IMG/VR virus record: IMGVR_UViG_3300035117_000094
Span: 39,589-103,588 of that record
Strand: one strand, 5' to 3'
Source of the DNA: a virus
DNA length: 64,000 nt
Shown: positions 9,361 through 18,626 of the stretch, piece after piece
Layout: every line of letters begins with the position of its first letter
How positions within the stretch are numbered: the stretch's first letter is position 1
The notes under the pieces: generated by a model
The model's input: only the letters and a program-made list of their open reading frames with translations
The model's database searches: none
What the model was told of the DNA's origin: nothing
Position numbers and translations under genes: made by a program

Positions 9361-11195
9361 TCGTTCCCGTGCTAGGGGAGCTGACGGAGGGCGGCCTGCT
9401 GAAGGTCGCCCTCGGCGGCGGCAACGACTGGGACGCGGAGTTCATGGGCACCCGCCTGCGCAGCCTCACCCCGGCATTCGAGGCGGTGAAGGGCGAGCCG
9501 CTGGCCATGACCACCGGCCTGTCCTGGGCTGCCGTCAACCAGCTTGCCCGCGCCTTCCCCGGCGCCCGCTCAGAGGCGGACAGCCGGCCGCTAGCCTGGA
9601 CTCCCGGCCCGCTGCTGTGCTCGTGGATCATGGGCGAGGCCGTGCGCCGGTCCTGCGAGGGCGACTTCACCGGCCAGCCGCCGGCCCGCGAGCCGATGAC
9701 CCACCAGGTGGCCGGCGCCATCGCCATCGGGATGAACGGCCGGTTCCTGCTCGCCGACGAACCCGGGACGGGCAAGACCCAGACCGCCGCGATGGGGCTG
9801 GCGGAGCTGGACGCCCGGGGCCGCTTCCCCTTCCCGGCGCTCGTCGTCGCGCCCGCCTCCGTCGTTGACTCGTGGCTGGAAGACCTCGCCCTGACCTACC
9901 CGGGCTGGAAGGTGATGCCCTACATGGGGGCGAGCCGGCAGCGGCTGCTCCGGTCCGACGCGCAGGTGCTCGTGACGAGCTGGGAGACCATGCGCAACGA
10001 CACGGGCGACTCCCGGACCCCCGGCCCGCTGATGAGGCACGGGTTCAGCTCCCTGGTCGGCGACGAGGCCCACAAGACCTGCAACTACGAGTCCCGCCAG
10101 AGCGTCCGGTTCCGCCGGCTGGCCAGCCACACCCCTGTCGTGATCGAGGCGACCGGCACGCCGACGAACAACAACGCCGGGAACTTCTGGCCGCTGATCA
10201 ACTCGATGCACCCCTCGGCGTTCCCCAGCCGTGACCGGTACAAGGAGCACTACTGCCTCGGCCGTCGCGCTGACTACGGCGATACCGAGGTGACGGGCCT
10301 GCGGCCGGAGATGGAGCCGGAGTTCCGGGCGGTCATGCAGGGCGCGATGCGCCGCGTGGCCAAGGCCGACGTGCTGGCCGAGCTGCCCCCCAAGACGTAC
10401 CAGACCCGCTGGATGGACATCCCGGCGAAGTACCGCCCGGCCTACGACGAAATGGAGGCGGACATGCTGGCGCACCTCCCGGACACGGAGACGCCGCTGA
10501 CCGCCATGAACACCCTCGCCAAGATGATGCGCCTGTCCCAGCTCGCTCACGCCGCCTGCGACGTCGAGGCGTACACGGAGCTGGACGACAACCCTAAGAG
10601 CCTCACGTACGGCCAGGAAGTAGAGAAGCTGAAGGTGACGATGAGGGAGCCGTCCTGGAAGGTGGACGCCCTCATGGAGATCCTGGACGAGCTGCACGAG
10701 GGCGACGCCCCGCTGACCGCGAAGGGCGACGTGGACCGCAGGCGCCTCGTGCACGGCAGCCGGCCCGTCGTCGCGTTCGCGCCGCTGAAGCAGCTCGTGA
10801 TGCTCGCCGGGGCGCGAGCCGAGGCACAGGGGTACAAGGTGGGGTACATTGTCGGGGGGATGACCGCCGCAGCCCGGACCGCCACCCGGCATGCCTTCCA
10901 GGCGCACGAGCTGGACCTGCTGTGCGTCACCACGGCGGCCGGGGGCGTCGGCCTTACGCTGACCGCCGCCGACACCGCAGTGTTCCTCATGAGGCCGTGG
11001 GGGCTGGTCGAGGCGACGCAGAGCGAGGACCGGCTGCACAGGCGAGGGCAGACCGGGAACGTGCTGATCATAGACCTCGTCACGCGCAAGTCGATCGAGT
11101 CGCGCATCAGGACGGCGCTGAAGGGCAAGGCGCAGAACCTGGCGGAACTCGTCCAGGACCCGAGAATCGCACGGGAACTTTTCGGAGGGGCATGA
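9357..11195 (+). CDS. SNF2-family (SF2) helicase
   Basis: LADEPGTGKT, DEAH, TGT, GVGLTL, QSEDRLHRRGQ. Confidence 0.93.
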   Translation: MIVPVLGELTEGGLLKVALGGGNDWDAEFMGTRLRSLTPAFEAVKGEPLAMTTGLSWAAVNQLARAFPGARSEADSRPLAWTPGPLLCSWIMGEAVRRSCEGDFTGQPPAREPMTHQVAGAIAIGMNGRFLLADEPGTGKTQTAAMGLAELDARGRFPFPALVVAPASVVDSWLEDLALTYPGWKVMPYMGASRQRLLRSDAQVLVTSWETMRNDTGDSRTPGPLMRHGFSSLVGDEAHKTCNYESRQSVRFRRLASHTPVVIEATGTPTNNNAGNFWPLINSMHPSAFPSRDRYKEHYCLGRRADYGDTEVTGLRPEMEPEFRAVMQGAMRRVAKADVLAELPPKTYQTRWMDIPAKYRPAYDEMEADMLAHLPDTETPLTAMNTLAKMMRLSQLAHAACDVEAYTELDDNPKSLTYGQEVEKLKVTMREPSWKVDALMEILDELHEGDAPLTAKGDVDRRRLVHGSRPVVAFAPLKQLVMLAGARAEAQGYKVGYIVGGMTAAARTATRHAFQAHELDLLCVTTAAGGVGLTLTAADTAVFLMRPWGLVEATQSEDRLHRRGQTGNVLIIDLVTRKSIESRIRTALKGKAQNLAELVQDPRIARELFGGA

Positions 11196-11491
11196 TGGCG
11201 GAGATCTACCCGTGCGGGGGCATCGGAAAGCACATAGGAAACTGCGATTGCCTTAACGCGGACGAGTCCCTGCCCCGCCGGCGCCGGAGGAAGCGCGAGC
11301 AGAAGCCCGCCGACCGGGGCAAGCCCCCCGCGACCAGCAGCGAGGAGCTGGAGTGGGTCAAGGTGGACTGCCCCAAGTGCCGTGGCGCCAAGAGCGGGCC
11401 GTGGGGTCGCGGGGGCAAGGTCATCACGTGCCCGGAGTGCAAGGGATCCGGCAGCCGCATGACCCAGAAGCCGAAGCCGAAGGAGAAGTGA
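11192..11491 (+). CDS. DnaJ-type zinc-finger protein
   Basis: CPKCRG...CPECKGSG. Confidence 0.65.
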   Translation: MMAEIYPCGGIGKHIGNCDCLNADESLPRRRRRKREQKPADRGKPPATSSEELEWVKVDCPKCRGAKSGPWGRGGKVITCPECKGSGSRMTQKPKPKEK

Positions 11492-11706
11492 TGAGGGTCC
11501 GGATGTGGGGCAGGCCCTCCGTGGAGGAGCAACTGGCGCCGTTCATGGGCAAGGCCGTGACGGTGACGATCCGGATTACGGGCCGGCTAGAGCGCGTCTA
11601 CGGGGACGAGATCCTGGTGGCCGGGCATCGCGGCATGACCCGGTACGTGAAGAAGTCCGATATCGATGAGATCGAGGAGGTTACCCGTGACTTACGTCCG
11701 CGATGA
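11491..11706 (+). CDS. hypothetical protein
   Basis: TGATG overlap, AGGAG SD. Confidence 0.55.
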   Translation: MRVRMWGRPSVEEQLAPFMGKAVTVTIRITGRLERVYGDEILVAGHRGMTRYVKKSDIDEIEEVTRDLRPR

Positions 11707-11950
11707 CGAGGCAGCGGCCGAGCTGCGCAGGCGGCTGTCACTCTACGCGCGGCACCAGGGGAGGATGGGGTACCTGTCGCTGCTAGGCCACCTGGGCATG
11801 GCCCCGGGGGAGTTCGACCGCTGGGTGCAGGACGGTATGCTGTCCGAGAGGTGGATCGCCAATCTCAGGAGGATGCCTGATGTCCCTGCCCACGCTGAGG
11901 AGCCTGGAGAAGTACGCAGCGCGCCCGTTCCAGGTCGGCTACCCGGCTGA
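11687..11950 (+). CDS. hypothetical protein
   Basis: GAGGAGG SD before GTG. Confidence 0.5.
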   Translation: MTYVRDDEAAAELRRRLSLYARHQGRMGYLSLLGHLGMAPGEFDRWVQDGMLSERWIANLRRMPDVPAHAEEPGEVRSAPVPGRLPG

Positions 11951-12479
11951 CGACCACGTCACGCTGTACGCGCCCGAGGACAACCTGCACGGCGCGCTGG
12001 TGAGCCTCGTAGGCTCTGCCGAGCACTCCCTCGTCATCGCCATGTACGGCTTCGACGATGATGAGCTGGCGACGGCGATCATGAGCAAGCTGGGAGCGGA
12101 GCACGTCTTCGTGTCCCTGTCGCTCGACTCCACGCAGGCCGCCGGCAAGCACGAGTCCGCACTGCTGGAGCACGCGCGGTTCCCGTCGAACTCCATCGCC
12201 TCCGGCCAGTCCGAGAAGCACGCCATCATGCACCTGAAGACCGTGATCATCGACGGCCTGGACGTGGTCAGCGGGTCCACCAACTGGTCGGACAGCGGCG
12301 AGCGGAAGCAGGACAACGAGCTGTCCGTCACCCGGCACCCCCTCATCGCCGCCCGCGCCCGGGCCAAGCTCGACATCGTCCACCAGTCCATGCTCCTCCA
12401 GATGGCGGCCAGGGCCAGGGAGCGCCGGAATAACGGGCGGCCAGTCACGGTTACCCCGGAGGAGAACGGCACCCCCTAG
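11880..12479 (+). CDS. PLD-family single-HKD nuclease/phosphodiesterase (Nuc-like)
   Basis: IAMYGF, HLKTVIIDG...SGSTNWS...QDNE. Confidence 0.88.
   Translation: MSLPTLRSLEKYAARPFQVGYPADDHVTLYAPEDNLHGALVSLVGSAEHSLVIAMYGFDDDELATAIMSKLGAEHVFVSLSLDSTQAAGKHESALLEHARFPSNSIASGQSEKHAIMHLKTVIIDGLDVVSGSTNWSDSGERKQDNELSVTRHPLIAARARAKLDIVHQSMLLQMAARARERRNNGRPVTVTPEENGTP
12427..12452 (+). promoter_or_regulatory. sigmaR/SigH-type promoter GGAAT-N18-GTT
   Basis: Perfect consensus upstream of RNA ligase. Confidence 0.7.
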
Positions 12480-12493
12480 GCACGGAGGCCCTG

Positions 12494-13183
12494 ATGACGG
12501 ATTTCGGCCCGGAGTACCCGAAGGTACAGACTGCCTTCCTGCGCGACATGACCGTGAAGGGAAGCCCGGTCCTGCCCGGCCAGTGGACGCTCCCGGAGTT
12601 TGCTTACCTCGCAGACAAGCCGTGGCGGTGGACCGAGAAGGTGGACGGCACCAACACGCGGCTGCACTTCGACGGCGGCCAGGTGACCCTCGGCGGCCGG
12701 ACGGGCAACGCCCAGGTTCCCGCGCACCTCATTGACGCCGTCCGGCGCCTCGGCCTGCTCGACGTGGCACGCTGGCAGGAGAAGTTCCCCCTCGTGCCCT
12801 TCGACGGCGGCGTGACCGTCTACGGCGAGGGCTACGGCCCTAAGATCCAGAAGGGCGGTGGCCTGTACCGGGACGACGTGAGCTTCATAGTCTTCGACGT
12901 CCGCGTAGGCGACTGGTGGCTCCAGCCGGACGCCGTCGAGGACGTGGCCTCGTTCCTCGGCCTGGAGACGGTCCCGTACTGGGGCGACGGTACCCCGCGA
13001 GACGTGTGGAACGCCATCATGGACGGGGCGCTCATATCTCACTGGCAGGACCGGGGCGTGCGGATCGAGGGACTGGTGGGCACGCCTGCCGTGCCGCTGT
13101 ACGACCGCCGTGGCCACCGCCTGGTCATGAAGCTGAAGGTCCGGGACGCGGAGGACTTCCGCAGGGCGCGCGGTGATGCCTGA
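12494..13183 (+). CDS. ATP-dependent RNA ligase (Rnl2-like)
   Basis: Motifs TEKVDGTN, YGEGYG, FIVFDV, EGLVG, KLK. Confidence 0.85.
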   Translation: MTDFGPEYPKVQTAFLRDMTVKGSPVLPGQWTLPEFAYLADKPWRWTEKVDGTNTRLHFDGGQVTLGGRTGNAQVPAHLIDAVRRLGLLDVARWQEKFPLVPFDGGVTVYGEGYGPKIQKGGGLYRDDVSFIVFDVRVGDWWLQPDAVEDVASFLGLETVPYWGDGTPRDVWNAIMDGALISHWQDRGVRIEGLVGTPAVPLYDRRGHRLVMKLKVRDAEDFRRARGDA

Positions 13184-13542
13184 TGGGCGCCTTCGGCCAG
13201 CCTGAGGCACCGCCCGCTCTCGTGCCCGTGCTGATGCTGGACGGCCCGAAGAAGGGCAAGATACACGTCCTCCCCCAGGACGTCGCGATGCTGCACGATG
13301 GCGAGGTGTACACGATCCCGCGACCCTGGGACGCATCGCTTCCCGACCTGGCGTACACCCGCGTCCGGCAGGTCACCTACTGGTTTTCCGAGGTGGTCGT
13401 GCTGGGGCGGCGGTTCCGGGTAGGGGCGCTGGGAGACGCGCACGGCGCCCCTTCCACGGGCCGGGTTAACGACGCCGCGTGGCTGGTGCTGACCTCGGAG
13501 CTGGCCCGGCAGGCCGAAGACCTCACCGTGAAGATGCGCTAG
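13183..13542 (+). CDS. hypothetical protein
   Basis: TGATG overlap. Confidence 0.6.
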   Translation: MGAFGQPEAPPALVPVLMLDGPKKGKIHVLPQDVAMLHDGEVYTIPRPWDASLPDLAYTRVRQVTYWFSEVVVLGRRFRVGALGDAHGAPSTGRVNDAAWLVLTSELARQAEDLTVKMR

Positions 13543-13544
13543 CC

Positions 13545-13570
13545 GGAATAACTGGCGGCCAGGGGGCGCT
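13545..13570 (+). promoter_or_regulatory. sigmaR/SigH-type promoter GGAAT-N18-GCT
   Basis: Intergenic, similar to copy at 581. Confidence 0.65.
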
Positions 13571-13585
13571 GTGCCCGGGGACGTG

Positions 13586-13894
13586 ATGACGGCGAAGGGA
13601 GACGCTATGGCGAAGCGTGACGGGCAAGGCAGGAAGCGCTACCGGCAGCGGACCAAGCGGCCGGCAGTGCCTGTGGTCAGCACCTCCGTGCTGTTCACCT
13701 GTGCTTGCGGGAAGCAGGCGTACGCTAGCCGGAGGAGCGCTAAGCAGGTATCCCGGGTAGCGTTCCCCGGCCAGGCCATGCGCGCGTACAGGTGCGAGGA
13801 GGGCGAAGGCGATGCGGCAGTTTATCACCTGACCTCGCTCAGCACGTCTCGCGTGACTGAGAGCCGGTCGTATTTCCAGGGAGGCACGTCATGA
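13586..13894 (+). CDS. basic Cys/His zinc-binding phage protein
   Basis: CACGK...RAYRC...YHLTS. Confidence 0.6.
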   Translation: MTAKGDAMAKRDGQGRKRYRQRTKRPAVPVVSTSVLFTCACGKQAYASRRSAKQVSRVAFPGQAMRAYRCEEGEGDAAVYHLTSLSTSRVTESRSYFQGGTS

Positions 13895-14190
13895 TCGGAC
13901 AGCAGGAAGGCGATGACCCGGGCACGCGCATGGAGCAGGCGATAACCGGGCTGACGGCCTGCGCCGCGCTGTACGGGTCCTTGTCCACGGCGATGACGGT
14001 GCTCTCCACGGCTGCGGCGCAGGCGTCTGCGGTGTTCAGCGACCTGGCAGAGGCCCTGCGCGAGGAGCACGAGGGTGAGGAGCACGAGGGCGAGGCGATT
14101 TCCGCCGAGGAGATTGCCGAGGAAGAGGAAGCGGCGAACAGGGCGCTCACAATGGCGGACGCCTGGGCGGAGGGCTACGATGGCCCTTAA
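13891..14190 (+). CDS. acidic hypothetical protein
   Basis: GGAGG SD, ATGA overlap. Confidence 0.6.
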   Translation: MIGQQEGDDPGTRMEQAITGLTACAALYGSLSTAMTVLSTAAAQASAVFSDLAEALREEHEGEEHEGEAISAEEIAEEEEAANRALTMADAWAEGYDGP

Positions 14191-14614
14191 TCCTGACGGG
14201 CACGAGATCGAGGTTATCACCGGCCGCAGGAGCGGAACCGGCGCTTCCCGCCAGGGCGAGGCTAACCCGAACGCCGCCCTGAAGGACAGCGAGGCCCGGG
14301 AGGTGCGGATCCTGCGGTCCAACGGCTGGTCGCACCAGGACATCGCCGTGCTGTACGGCATCTCGGTGGGCCGGTCCTCGGAGATCTGCCGGGGCCGGGC
14401 GTACGCGGGCGCCGGAGGCCCGGTGGAGTCCGGCCGCGAGTACCATATCGCCGCCGCGCGCTACACGGGCGATGCCGCCGTCCTGGAGCGGTCAGTGCTG
14501 GACCTGCACGGCCGGGGCCTGTCACAGCGGGCCATCGCAAGTCGCGTGCAGCGCAGCAAGACGCTCGTCGGCGACATCATCCGCGCCAGCCGGAGGGAGG
14601 CAGCCGGTGCCTGA
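14180..14614 (+). CDS. tandem helix-turn-helix DNA-binding protein
   Basis: GWSHQDIAVLYGIS and GLSQRAIASRVQRSKTLV. Confidence 0.75.
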   Translation: MALNPDGHEIEVITGRRSGTGASRQGEANPNAALKDSEAREVRILRSNGWSHQDIAVLYGISVGRSSEICRGRAYAGAGGPVESGREYHIAAARYTGDAAVLERSVLDLHGRGLSQRAIASRVQRSKTLVGDIIRASRREAAGA

Positions 14615-14828
14615 GGGCGGGGACTACTCCTTTGAGGGGCTGTACCGTGCGCTGGTGGACAAGGAGAAGTCCGGGTTCGGGCAGTGCCGGGAGAAGGCGA
14701 AGGAGTACGTTAAGGCCCGCGTGGCGGCGCTTGAGGCCGAGCGCAAGGGCGTAGGCTGGCTGGACACGTACGGGCGGGGCAGGATGGCCGCGTACGATGA
14801 CATGCTGAGGTTCCTGGGCGGCGAGTGA
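14607..14828 (+). CDS. hypothetical protein
   Basis: GGAGG SD, overlap. Confidence 0.55.
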   Translation: MPEGGDYSFEGLYRALVDKEKSGFGQCREKAKEYVKARVAALEAERKGVGWLDTYGRGRMAAYDDMLRFLGGE

Positions 14829-14856
14829 CAGCCCGGCTCCCTGGTACGCTTACGCT

Positions 14857-15186
14857 ATGCCCAAGACGCACCACGCTACGCGCAAGTTCAGGCTGGAGTG
14901 CGGCTGCCTCCGGGACTACCCGGGCATGGCGGCGGGCAAGCGCCATAGCGTGCTGTGCACGTCCTGCGGCAAGGCGTCGGCAACCTTGTTCGCCTACCCG
15001 GACAAGTGCTGCGGGGCCGAGGCCATGGTCGCCCAGGGCAGCCGCAGCACCCGCGTGAGCTGCACGAATGAAGCCGGGAATAGCGAATGCGGAGCCGGGG
15101 TTCACTACGACGAGTACGCCAGCGCCCGGTTTACCGTGACAGTGTCCCTGAAGAGGGGCAACTGGGGTAACACGGGCCGGGCATAG
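14857..15186 (+). CDS. Cys-rich hypothetical protein
   Basis: ECGC, CTSC, CC motifs. Confidence 0.55.
   Translation: MPKTHHATRKFRLECGCLRDYPGMAAGKRHSVLCTSCGKASATLFAYPDKCCGAEAMVAQGSRSTRVSCTNEAGNSECGAGVHYDEYASARFTVTVSLKRGNWGNTGRA
15077..15102 (+). promoter_or_regulatory. sigmaR/SigH-type promoter GGAAT-N18-GTT
   Basis: Perfect consensus, intragenic. Confidence 0.55.
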
Positions 15187-15207
15187 CCAAGTGAGAAGGA
15201 GACCCGA

Positions 15208-15642
15208 ATGGCAATCGTAATCCTCATCGGCGTACTGGCAGCGATCCTTGCCGGGGCGTTCCTCGGGCTGATCGAGTGCTACAAGTCGATGATCGTCGTC
15301 CCCGTGCTGATCGTAGCCGGCGCCGTGTTCCTCGGGCAGATGGAGTACGGCACGGTGCGCCACGTGACGTTCACCGTCCGCTCGCTTGACGACCAGGGCG
15401 GATCCCAGCACAAGTACCTGCTGTTCACCACGGACGGGCACGTGTACGAGGACACGGACACGTGGCTTCACGGCAAGACCGACAGCTCGGACGTGTGGGG
15501 CGCCTTCCTGAACGCGGGCACCGGGGCGACGTGGGACTGCCCGGTCTACGGCTACCGGCTCCACTGGCCGACTAGCTACCAGGACGTCCTCGACGGCTGC
15601 AAGCTCCTTCACGCCGGGCACGCAGCCACCCCCGCAGGCTAA
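15208..15642 (+). CDS. membrane-anchored protein
   Basis: AGGAG SD; two N-terminal hydrophobic segments then soluble domain. Confidence 0.75.
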   Translation: MAIVILIGVLAAILAGAFLGLIECYKSMIVVPVLIVAGAVFLGQMEYGTVRHVTFTVRSLDDQGGSQHKYLLFTTDGHVYEDTDTWLHGKTDSSDVWGAFLNAGTGATWDCPVYGYRLHWPTSYQDVLDGCKLLHAGHAATPAG

Positions 15643-15660
15643 GTGACGAGGAGGACCGGG

Positions 15661-15855
15661 ATGCGGGTTGAGGTAGACGCCGACGAGTACAGCGGCGACA
15701 TCGGCATCACGTTCGAGGATGAGAGCGCGTTCCTGCGCGAGTACTGCACGATCGAGGTACCCGATGACGTGGCCGCCCAGTGGAAGGACGCCCGGGACAA
15801 GTACCGGGTCATGCTCAGGCAGGTGAACGAGTATGCCGGGAGGACGCTCATCTGA
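15661..15855 (+). CDS. hypothetical protein
   Basis: GAGGAGG SD. Confidence 0.55.
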   Translation: MRVEVDADEYSGDIGITFEDESAFLREYCTIEVPDDVAAQWKDARDKYRVMLRQVNEYAGRTLI

Positions 15856-16456
15856 GGACGAGCCTGTGCCTCACGGTGACGAGTCCGGAATCCGGGTGCC
15901 ACTGGACTTCGGGGACTACCGCAGGTGGCTGTACAAGACGGCGGCCGACCTGCTGCCGGGCGGCTACTACGACACGGGCATTGACGACCTGGCGCAGGAG
16001 GGCCGGGTGGCCATGTGGCGTGCCCTGGAAACTCATGACCCGGCCAGGGGGGCGCTCGCCCCGTGGGTAACCCGGGCTGCCCGTACCCGGATGCGCGACC
16101 TGGCATGGGGCCACGGGCAGCCTACCGGGCACGAGCCTGTCCGGGGCTTCACGGAGGCCGAGGTAGCCGTTTACATAGACGGGCAGGAATCGCCTGACGA
16201 CCTGGCCCCGGCCGAGGCTGCCGTGGAGATGGCCGAGCCAGCGCTCATGGAGGTGCTGCGGGAGCTGCCCGAGGAGCAGAGGGAGTATATCTGGCTGCGC
16301 TTCTGGTGCGGGATAGAGGTCTCCTCGCGCGTCCCGGGCATCCGCAGCGTGGCGGCCCAGTACCCTATCCTGAGGAAGCGCTGGGTATGGGTGAAGGCAC
16401 GCGAGACGCTGGCTGCCGACCCTCGCGTACGGCAGCTGGCAGAGGTAACCGGATGA
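15833..16456 (+). CDS. ECF-like sigma-70 family RNA polymerase sigma factor
   Basis: Region 2 DDLAQEGRVAMWRALETHDP...WVTRAARTRMRD; region 4 LRELPEEQREYIWLRF. Confidence 0.8.
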   Translation: MPGGRSSEDEPVPHGDESGIRVPLDFGDYRRWLYKTAADLLPGGYYDTGIDDLAQEGRVAMWRALETHDPARGALAPWVTRAARTRMRDLAWGHGQPTGHEPVRGFTEAEVAVYIDGQESPDDLAPAEAAVEMAEPALMEVLRELPEEQREYIWLRFWCGIEVSSRVPGIRSVAAQYPILRKRWVWVKARETLAADPRVRQLAEVTG

Positions 16457-16469
16457 GAGGGCATGCGCG

Positions 16470-16964
16470 ATGATCGTATCCGTCATAGGGATCGACCCGG
16501 GCGCGACGACGGGGCTGGCGTTCCTCGACTACTGCCTCCAGCCGGGCGGGGCGTACCTGCTCGGCAAGCCCGTGCTGCTCCAGGCTGAGGGCGACTCCGC
16601 CGTGCACGTCCTGGAGGCGATGCTCCGCACCTGGTACGGCCCTGACGAGCGGGTCACCGGCCGGTTCGCCGGCGTTGAGCGGTTCGTCACCGGCAGGTCA
16701 GCGGGCACCCGGGGGCCGGCGGCCGAGGTGACCCGGCAGCTCGTCATGGCGCTCGCCGAGTGCTGCCAGGTCGGGGGCTACCGCGTGCAACTGCGCAACG
16801 CCGCCGTCGCCAAGGACTGGGCCACGGACAAGAGGCTCATCAGGGCCGGGATCGCCACGGCGGACTCCGGGATCCACGGCAAGCTCAGGGACGGCTTCGA
16901 TGCCGCCCGCCACGGCCTGTACGCCGCCGTGTGGGACGCTAAGATGAAGGACCCGCTGGCATGA
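16470..16964 (+). CDS. RuvC-like Holliday junction resolvase
   Basis: VIGIDPGATTG, VERF, DAARH. Confidence 0.75.
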   Translation: MIVSVIGIDPGATTGLAFLDYCLQPGGAYLLGKPVLLQAEGDSAVHVLEAMLRTWYGPDERVTGRFAGVERFVTGRSAGTRGPAAEVTRQLVMALAECCQVGGYRVQLRNAAVAKDWATDKRLIRAGIATADSGIHGKLRDGFDAARHGLYAAVWDAKMKDPLA

Positions 16965-17242
16965 ACACCGATCGCAAGGGCCTGCTGGGCGTGCTGACCG
17001 GAGACTGGGACTGGCCGGAGGGGGCAGCCGAGGCCGCTGTCCTGGTAGCGGACACCGCCGGCCGGCTGACTATCGCCGTTGGCCCGGAGACGGACCTGGT
17101 CATCTCCGCGCTGGAGCCGTGCGAGGCGTGCGGCAAGGGCGGCGGGTACGACGTGCTCGAAGCGGACCGGAAGGCCGGGGCCGGTGGCTTACACGGCCCT
17201 CGTCAGGACAGGACGTTACCACCAGGGGCACTACGCCTATGA
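16961..17242 (+). CDS. hypothetical protein
   Basis: ATGA overlap; CxxC. Confidence 0.45.
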   Translation: MNTDRKGLLGVLTGDWDWPEGAAEAAVLVADTAGRLTIAVGPETDLVISALEPCEACGKGGGYDVLEADRKAGAGGLHGPRQDRTLPPGALRL

Positions 17243-17455
17243 TTTCGAGACGCCAGGGGAGCGCAAGGAGTTCGTTAAGTCGCACCCGCAGGTGTGGTGG
17301 TACTTCTTTCCCGAGGAGGACGAGTTCGAGTCGGGCTGGCACAAGGGCGGCGCGTGGAAGGCCCTTGTGCCAGGGCCAGAAGCCCCTGAACCGCCCGTAG
17401 CGGCCCCGGAAGTCCCGCCCCTGGTCCAGGAGCGGCCAGAGCCGGAGGACCGCTG

Positions 17456-17740
17456 GTGAGCGGTTACGGCCTCACGTGGAGCGAGCTTAACGACTTCGCC
17501 GCCGGCCTGCCGAAGCTGCGGCGGACCGAGCTGCACTGCCACCCCCTCGTCCTGGCTGCCCTGAAGGAGATCTCGGACAGGGAGCCGTCGTTCAGCGCCC
17601 TTCCCCCGGGCGGCGGCCTTGCCGGCATCCCGGTTTACGAGCACGCGCTCTGGGCGGCGGGGTACTGGGAGCTGCGCGAGGACGGTACAGTGACTGACAG
17701 CGGCACGATCGTGCCGTTGCCCGCCAGGGAGGCCACGTGA
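17456..17740 (+). CDS. hypothetical protein
   Basis: GGAGG SD, overlap. Confidence 0.55.
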   Translation: MSGYGLTWSELNDFAAGLPKLRRTELHCHPLVLAALKEISDREPSFSALPPGGGLAGIPVYEHALWAAGYWELREDGTVTDSGTIVPLPAREAT

Positions 17741-17958
17741 AACTGAGGCAGCTAGCCGCGCTGTACGCCAAGACGCGGGTCATCTCGTGGCTGACCACCA
17801 CGAACCAGGCGGTGTGCATCTTCACCACGGACGGCTGCCGTATAAACCTCGCCGAGTTCTGCAACGGCCAGTACCGCGAGTCGCCGCCGCTCATTCCCGA
17901 TTTCATGCCGCCCGAGTGGCAGCAGGGGCAGCAGAAGCCCCCGGGGGAAAGCCCGTAA
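17737..17958 (+). CDS. hypothetical protein
   Basis: GGAGG SD, GTGA overlap. Confidence 0.5.
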   Translation: MKLRQLAALYAKTRVISWLTTTNQAVCIFTTDGCRINLAEFCNGQYRESPPLIPDFMPPEWQQGQQKPPGESP

Positions 17959-17986
17959 CGAGGACAACGCAGTACAAGGAGGGCAC

Positions 17987-18259
17987 ATGAGGCCATGGAA
18001 GGACCCGGGGTCAGCGGGCACCCGGGACGTCACGGGCGATGACATGCCGGGGAGGGGCAGGCTGCGCGTCATGGCCGGCGTCTCCCTGAACGAGGCTGCC
18101 AAGGCCCGGGGCGGGCTGATCGCGGGCGGCAGGCCCGGTGAGGCAGCACGGGTGGAGGCCAGCGCCATCGAGGGCGCCTCCGCGCTGGAGCTGTACGACG
18201 CCAGCCAGAAACCGCCGGTCTTATGCCGGGCGGATCACACGGCCCGCACTGCGGCCTGA
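17987..18259 (+). CDS. hypothetical protein
   Basis: AGGAGG SD. Confidence 0.5.
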   Translation: MRPWKDPGSAGTRDVTGDDMPGRGRLRVMAGVSLNEAAKARGGLIAGGRPGEAARVEASAIEGASALELYDASQKPPVLCRADHTARTAA

Positions 18260-18351
18260 GCAGCGACGGCAAGTACATGATCTGCTGTGACTGCCCTTCC
18301 TGCCACGGTCCTGTGGAGCCGGCGCCCCTGAAGCCCCCGAGGAAGTAAGCC

Positions 18352-18377
18352 GGAATAACCCGGGACCACAGGAGGTT
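18352..18377 (+). promoter_or_regulatory. sigmaR/SigH-type promoter GGAAT-N18-GTT
   Basis: Perfect consensus, ATG 18387 about 9 nt downstream. Confidence 0.7.
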
Positions 18378-18386
18378 CACCAGGGC

Positions 18387-18626
18387 ATGCCGAACAACAT
18401 GAGCCAGCGACAGAAAAAAGGACGACCGCCTCGCGGCAAGCCGGTGAGCGAGGATGGCCGCATGGCGAACTACGAGCGTCAGGCTTACGCGCTCAGCGGC
18501 GGCAGGAGCGGGCACCGGGCTACCCGTGACGGGTTCACCGGGCCGCAGCGGCGCCGCCTCACCCACAAGGACAACCACGCCAGTGCTTCGTTCGGGGCAG
18601 GGGCAGGACAGGAGGCCGCAGCATGA
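18387..18626 (+). CDS. small basic protein
   Basis: R/K-rich ORF after promoter. Confidence 0.55.
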   Translation: MPNNMSQRQKKGRPPRGKPVSEDGRMANYERQAYALSGGRSGHRATRDGFTGPQRRRLTHKDNHASASFGAGAGQEAAA

